Source of the DNA: Bdellovibrionia bacterium
GTDB taxonomy: Bacteria > Bdellovibrionota > UBA1018
NCBI GenBank assembly: GCA_045805065.1
Contig: JBJMMA010000062.1
Location: forward strand, 1-12,719
Length of the DNA stretch: 12,719 nucleotides
Direction: 5' to 3'
The translations under genes and the position numbers were made by a program. This document shows, in pieces, positions 9,030-12,719 of this stretch. The notes under the pieces are model-generated. The model was given only the letters and a program-made list of their open reading frames with translations, made no database searches and was not told the DNA's origin. Each line of letters opens with the position of its first letter. The first letter of the stretch is position 1.

Positions 9030-9105
9030 ACCACACGGCAGCCGAAATTAAATTCCGTTTGATAAAGCAGAATTGTTGATTAAACTAGAAGACTAACCAA
9101 TTAAA

Positions 9106-9546
9106 GTGAGCGGCAAGATGAACGATATGAAACAAGCCTCTTCACAGTCTTCGAGTACCTTGAAGCGATCCAAAATAGTCATTATCGATGATGAAGCGCT
9201 TTTGGCTGAGACGTTGGGATGCTGGCTTGAGAACGATCATGATGTTTCTGTTTTTTCGGATTCCGTTGCGGCGTTCTCCGCGCTGAAAACGATGGACCGG
9301 TGTGACGTGATTTTCTGCGATCTCATGATGCCGAAGATGAACGGCATGGAGATCTATAAACAGCTCAGCAAAGAGGGAAAAGGTCTTGAGAAGCGCATGG
9401 TCTTTATGACAGGTGGCGCGTTCATTCCGAGCACGATTGAGTTTCTCGAGAAAGTTCCCAATCACCAGCTGGAAAAACCATTTACCATGCAGGCAGTGAA
9501 CTCAGTGATTCAAGTGATCCTGAGCGAGCAGGCGCGATCGCGTTAA
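9106..9546 (+). CDS. Single-domain (CheY-like) response regulator
   Basis: KIVIIDDE acidic pocket, DVIFCDLMMPKMNG phospho-Asp, VFMTG and LEKPF. It has no output domain. The start is uncertain: GTG 9106, ATG 9118 or ATG 9127. Confidence 0.92.
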   Translation: MSGKMNDMKQASSQSSSTLKRSKIVIIDDEALLAETLGCWLENDHDVSVFSDSVAAFSALKTMDRCDVIFCDLMMPKMNGMEIYKQLSKEGKGLEKRMVFMTGGAFIPSTIEFLEKVPNHQLEKPFTMQAVNSVIQVILSEQARSR

Positions 9547-9548
9547 GG

Positions 9549-12035
9549 TCACAGCAATCCTTTGAGCTCCTGGACTACGCAAGAGGGATGGAAAGTGTTT
9601 TGCACGGACTCCCCGGCCCTAAAAGCGGCTCTGAGGTTTTGAAGGCTAGGCGGGGCACCATTCGTCAGGCGACGAAGCTCGGGATGATCTTTCCAATGAG
9701 GAAGGTGGAGAATTGGCGCAAGGTCATCATCCGCGGTCCCGGCTTTCACGAGTGTCTCGATCCATTCCGGATGGTCTTTCCATTGAGGTTGAGAAAGGAC
9801 AAATCGAGCGATACGCCAATATTGAAAATTAGCTGTATTGAAATCCGTGACTCCTTTTTTAACGACGGAGTCGATCCATTCTGGATGATTTTTCCACTGG
9901 GGCTGAGAGAAGACATGTTCGATGAGCTCCGCTTTAGCTGTGTCTTTTTTCAGAAGGCGCTCGACCCATTCCGGATGATCTGCCCAATGAGGTTGGGAGA
10001 AAACATGTTGAGCAAGAAAGTGATCGAAGTCTCCTCGCTCTAACAGAGATTCGACCCATTCGGGATGATTCTTCCAGTACGGCTTGGAGAGGACATCTAT
10101 AGCAACGCGGATCAGTGCATCTCTGGGCGTGTTCTTATCCTTCAGTAGAGTCTCGATGAGTTCAGGGTGCTCGGTCCAATGAGGCTGCGAAAGCACCATT
10201 TGGACCGTCCAATACATGTCGCCTCTTTCCTTTAAAAGTTCGCGGACAAGTTCGGGGTGATCCTTCCAGACAGGCTGCGACAGGACGAACTTTGCGATCA
10301 TCCGATGTTGCTTGGCTTGAATGTAGTGACTGACCCATTCTGGGTGATTGTTCCAGTGAGGTTGGGTCAAGACGTTTTGCATGATCCAATCATCCATCGT
10401 CCCTTTTTTAATCAGCTCGTCGACCAGCTCGGGGTGACGTTTGGATATTGGATGCGAGAACCACTCGGTGAGAAGTGGAGTTGCTTTTTCTTCCGCAGTC
10501 TCCATGTCCGCGCGGACGATTTTGACTAATTCTCGCTCCTGGGATTCGTTGACTGCATGCAGTTTGCTTTCAATCCTTCGTTTGAGCTTTTCCAGTATGC
10601 CACGATCATCTTTGGTGAGTTGCTTGTCGTTTGCCAGCATCTGAAAGAACTCAACAGGCCCGATATTGAGGCTTTCCGGAATGACCCGGAGGGCAGCTTT
10701 GTTTTTGATGATGATATAGTCATCCGAAGCAACGGTGAAATCGGTACCTTCACGGGCACCGGGCTCCAGGTGAAAACGCACGGTGAGACCGGTTCCCCGT
10801 GCTCCCGCTCGTCCGATCCGGGTGTAAAATCCATCTCCAAACGTCGCGAGCTCGCCGCTCGCGTCATTGCGTGAAATCAGGACGTTGGAATCTCCGGTGT
10901 GAGCGCGCGTGATGCTCTCGTAGGCCAGGAAGTTATTGGTCTCGTGTGCGACGAGGTCCAGGCCGAGCTCTTTTGCGGTTTTGCCGGATCCCACTCCGAG
11001 GGGATGTGTTCTCAGTGGCTCTTTGTTCATCCACCAGGCAAGCGATTCAACAGTTGCGGGATTGCCCTGAATGGCTTCGAGTTTTTTTCGGAGCCCAAGT
11101 TTCTCGAGCGTGTCCCAGGCGTACTCGATATTGACGGCGTTCTGGATCAGCTTTTTGCCGTTTTTCTCGATCCAGTTTTTTACGTAAGGATTTTGGGTGT
11201 CTTTCTTCGGATCGAACGAATCAATGATCGCATTGATCCTGGCGGTATCTTCGGGGCGAATCTTGAGCTCGTATTGAAACGCCTTGGTGAGAAAGCGAAT
11301 CGCGGAGAGAATCGGCGGGTTGCGTCCGTCTTTGGCGAACTTCGTCGTCTCATGAAGCGGAGAGAAGTAGTAATGCAACATTCCGTCATGGACGTCCTTC
11401 AGAAAGTAAGGCTCTTTTGACTTCCAGTCTCGGACGTCTCTCACGACCGATTCACCGGCATAAGGCTTTGTGAGTTCGATCATACCCGTGGAGTTTGAGT
11501 CCGTATGCTGATTCATGAAGTCCGGGTTGTTGACGATCGCTTGTTTATCGCCCATGTCTTCGGTGAGAAGTCTGACTTCCCAGGCTGTCTTTGAGCCTTG
11601 AAGGTGAGGATATTTTTGCGCAAGCAGGTTTTGAAGCGCCTCGGCTTGCTGAGCGTTACCGTCGATCACAACGTCGAGATCCTGGGTGGATCTGTAAATA
11701 TTGGTGTAGTCGTAGTCGAAGCGATCCGGCTGAAAACGATGATCGCCCTTTTCCCGCTGCATGTCCCATTTCACATAATGAGCGTATCCGGCGGCCGTCC
11801 CGCCGAAGAGCCAGGCACGCACGCCAAGCTTTGCAGCCTCTGCCTGGATGAACCTGAACTCTTGGACTCGCGTGAGGCGATCGGCGATCCCATGCCCAAG
11901 CTCATGCAGAGAAGGCGTAGTTGAAGTGTGATAATTTTCGGCTGCCAGTGCCTGTGAGGGCAGGGGGGCGGAGTAAGATGCAAAAATCGCAAGGAACATC
12001 GCTATTTGAGCAATGAAACTAACTGAGGCCCTCAT
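9549..12035 (-). CDS. Predicted exported multidomain protein: signal peptide + CCA/poly(A)-polymerase-like nucleotidyltransferase + ADP-ribosyltransferase-like domain + ~30-aa HPEW helical repeats
   Basis: 828-aa ORF with a signal peptide ending ALA|A at about aa 31. NTase-like motifs are WLFGG, DLDVVI, WEVR, FLKDVHDGML and ILSAIRF. ART-like motifs are VAHET, FGDGFYT and DDYIII. Nine HPE repeats follow. The ORF is near certain, but the domain calls are by motif inspection only. Confidence 0.75.
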   Translation of the reverse strand: MRASVSFIAQIAMFLAIFASYSAPLPSQALAAENYHTSTTPSLHELGHGIADRLTRVQEFRFIQAEAAKLGVRAWLFGGTAAGYAHYVKWDMQREKGDHRFQPDRFDYDYTNIYRSTQDLDVVIDGNAQQAEALQNLLAQKYPHLQGSKTAWEVRLLTEDMGDKQAIVNNPDFMNQHTDSNSTGMIELTKPYAGESVVRDVRDWKSKEPYFLKDVHDGMLHYYFSPLHETTKFAKDGRNPPILSAIRFLTKAFQYELKIRPEDTARINAIIDSFDPKKDTQNPYVKNWIEKNGKKLIQNAVNIEYAWDTLEKLGLRKKLEAIQGNPATVESLAWWMNKEPLRTHPLGVGSGKTAKELGLDLVAHETNNFLAYESITRAHTGDSNVLISRNDASGELATFGDGFYTRIGRAGARGTGLTVRFHLEPGAREGTDFTVASDDYIIIKNKAALRVIPESLNIGPVEFFQMLANDKQLTKDDRGILEKLKRRIESKLHAVNESQERELVKIVRADMETAEEKATPLLTEWFSHPISKRHPELVDELIKKGTMDDWIMQNVLTQPHWNNHPEWVSHYIQAKQHRMIAKFVLSQPVWKDHPELVRELLKERGDMYWTVQMVLSQPHWTEHPELIETLLKDKNTPRDALIRVAIDVLSKPYWKNHPEWVESLLERGDFDHFLAQHVFSQPHWADHPEWVERLLKKDTAKAELIEHVFSQPQWKNHPEWIDSVVKKGVTDFNTANFQYWRIARFVLSQPQWKDHPEWIETLVKAGTADDDLAPILHLPHWKDHPELRRLTNGAPPSLQNLRAAFRAGESVQNTFHPSCVVQELKGLL
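9666..10463 (-). repeat. Intragenic tandem protein repeat, 9 units of ~29-38 aa, consensus (V)(L/F)SQP(H/Q)W(K)xHPE(W/L)(V/I)xxL(L/V)KxG
   Basis: HPE occurs at aa 534, 564, 593, 623, 657, 687, 717, 755 and 784, with spacings of 30, 29, 30, 34, 30, 30, 38 and 29. The DNA shows degenerate ccattc(c/t/g)ggatg copies. Confidence 0.92.
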
Positions 12036-12043
12036 CAGTGAGC

Positions 12044-12071
12044 GTATCGGCAGTTTTTGACGTAAACTGAA
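12044..12071 (-). promoter_or_regulatory. Putative sigma28 (FliA) promoter for the 828-aa gene
   Basis: The minus strand reads TTCAGTTT-N12-GCCGATAC, against the consensus TAAAGTTT-N11-GCCGATAA. GCCGATA (12051-12045) ends 9 nt before the ATG at 12035. Confidence 0.55.
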
Positions 12072-12226
12072 ATACTTCTATATGAATTTTAGGAGATCTG
12101 AGGGCGCAGCGGCTTTTACGCTATCTCGTTCGTCGAAGACTTGGACGGTGATCAAAAGTTAGTCTTCCAAAGCATGGTTTGAGCGCAAATTCTCTTGAGA
12201 AGTTAAGGCCCGTTTAGCCGACGCGT

Positions 12227-12242
12227 TGGCGCTGTTGTTGCT
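12227..12242 (+). promoter_or_regulatory. Putative sigma54 (RpoN) -24/-12 promoter
   Basis: TGGCGC-TGTTG-TTGCT has exact GG-N10-GC spacing and matches TGGCAC-N5-TTGC(A/T). It lies 35 nt upstream of the ATG at 12278. Confidence 0.65.
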
Positions 12243-12277
12243 CCATCTTGCCTAAATCAAATCAGGGAATGTGTTAC

Positions 12278-12719
12278 ATGAAAACCATTTATGAATTTGG
12301 TATATGGCTGATCTGCGGCGTTTTGATGGTTTCCACTCAAGCAGGACTCAGTCTTGAGACTCTGGCTTTTGGCCAAGGGCCCCGAGATTCGCAAGAGCGC
12401 CAAGATCCCCAAGATCCAATGTCTGCCGAGGAGCTGGCCCAAATCAACAGCCTCACTAAAAAATACATCAAGCCATCCAATGAATCTCTCGTGAAAATTA
12501 AGGATTCGGACCAGCACCTGAAATCCAAGAGCCTGGACGAGCCTTCAATCCAGCTTCCGGAGCCCAATGAAGTGACTCATCAGCCAGAACTGACGCGCTC
12601 ATCGGATCCGGTTGCTCAAAAGTTTGTTCTTCAGGATAAGATCACAGTTCCCGGTGGCGTCGAGGTTCGTCCTGAAGTGGGAAAATTCTCAAGCTCCAAT
12701 TTTGACATCGCCGACCGGA
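12278..12719 (+). CDS. 5' part of a predicted exported/membrane-anchored hypothetical protein, truncated by the window edge (not in the supplied ORF track)
   Basis: Open frame MKTIYEFGIWLICGVLMVSTQAGLSLETLAFGQGPRDSQERQDPQDPMSAEELAQ…SSSNFDIADR with no stop before the window end. It has an AGGGA RBS-like element at 12264-12268, a hydrophobic N-terminus and an alternative in-frame ATG at 12269. Confidence 0.75.
   Translation, partial: MKTIYEFGIWLICGVLMVSTQAGLSLETLAFGQGPRDSQERQDPQDPMSAEELAQINSLTKKYIKPSNESLVKIKDSDQHLKSKSLDEPSIQLPEPNEVTHQPELTRSSDPVAQKFVLQDKITVPGGVEVRPEVGKFSSSNFDIADR

Noticed and set aside
9023..9054. Perfect TTGACA on the + strand as the -35 for the response regulator
   Set aside because: There is no acceptable -10 at 16-18 nt, and the best candidates are at 19-20 nt. 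The same bases fit better as the minus-strand -35 for ggt.
9666..10463. Periodic DNA repeats (ccattc[c/t/g]ggatg) spaced about 90-110 bp apart, superficially CRISPR-like
   Set aside because: The copies are degenerate at synonymous positions, stay in frame and encode the HPEW protein repeat. There are no identical direct repeats and no cas genes.
10977..10997. GVGSGKT as a Walker A P-loop in the 828-aa protein
   Set aside because: It is one residue short of GxxxxGK[T/S], has no preceding hydrophobic strand or Walker B, and sits in the linker between the NTase-like and ART-like regions.
11892..11906. HELGH (HExxH zinc-metalloprotease motif) at aa 44-48 of the 828-aa protein
   Set aside because: It lies only about 12 residues after the predicted signal cleavage site, leaving no room for a zincin fold, and it is followed directly by NTase-like sequence. 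It is probably chance unless conserved in homologues.
150..11992. Numerous antisense or alternate-frame ORFs in the track (e.g. 307..732, 4252..4881, 5326..5760, 9588..10043, 10899..11420)
   Set aside because: They lie within or overlap well-supported genes and show no recognisable motifs. They are expected shadow ORFs.
12203..12224. TTAAG…GCCGAC as a second sigma28 promoter on the + strand
   Set aside because: The spacing is too short and the -10 match is poor. The adjacent sigma54 motif explains the region better.
12257..12567. Minus-strand ORFs 12257..12517 and 12337..12567
   Set aside because: They are antisense to the longer + strand frame starting at 12278, which has an RBS-like element, a promoter motif and a signal-like N-terminus.

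Overview
Bacterial window of roughly 50-53% GC (estimated by eye). Protein style and promoter motifs suggest a Bdellovibrionota/Oligoflexia-like organism, which is an inference only. The left half is a tightly coupled minus-strand shikimate operon: aroA, a fused aroE-aroK, aroB, aroQ and aroC, covering steps 2-7 with no DAHP synthase in the window. Next come a membrane-anchored FMN-binding glutamate-synthase-family gene (+), a secreted gamma-glutamyltransferase (-) and an orphan single-domain response regulator (+). The most interesting element is an 828-aa minus-strand protein (9549..12035). It has a Sec-type signal peptide, a diverged class II CCA-adding/poly(A)-polymerase-like nucleotidyltransferase region, a PARP/diphtheria-toxin-like H-Y-D ADP-ribosyltransferase-like region, nine ~30-aa 'VLSQPxWxxHPEW' repeats and a short C-terminal Cys/Leu tail. 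It sits behind a sigma28(FliA)-like promoter and is divergent from a sigma54-type promoter for another predicted exported protein that the window edge truncates. It is a candidate dual-enzyme secreted effector. All domain calls come from motif reading, not database searches.
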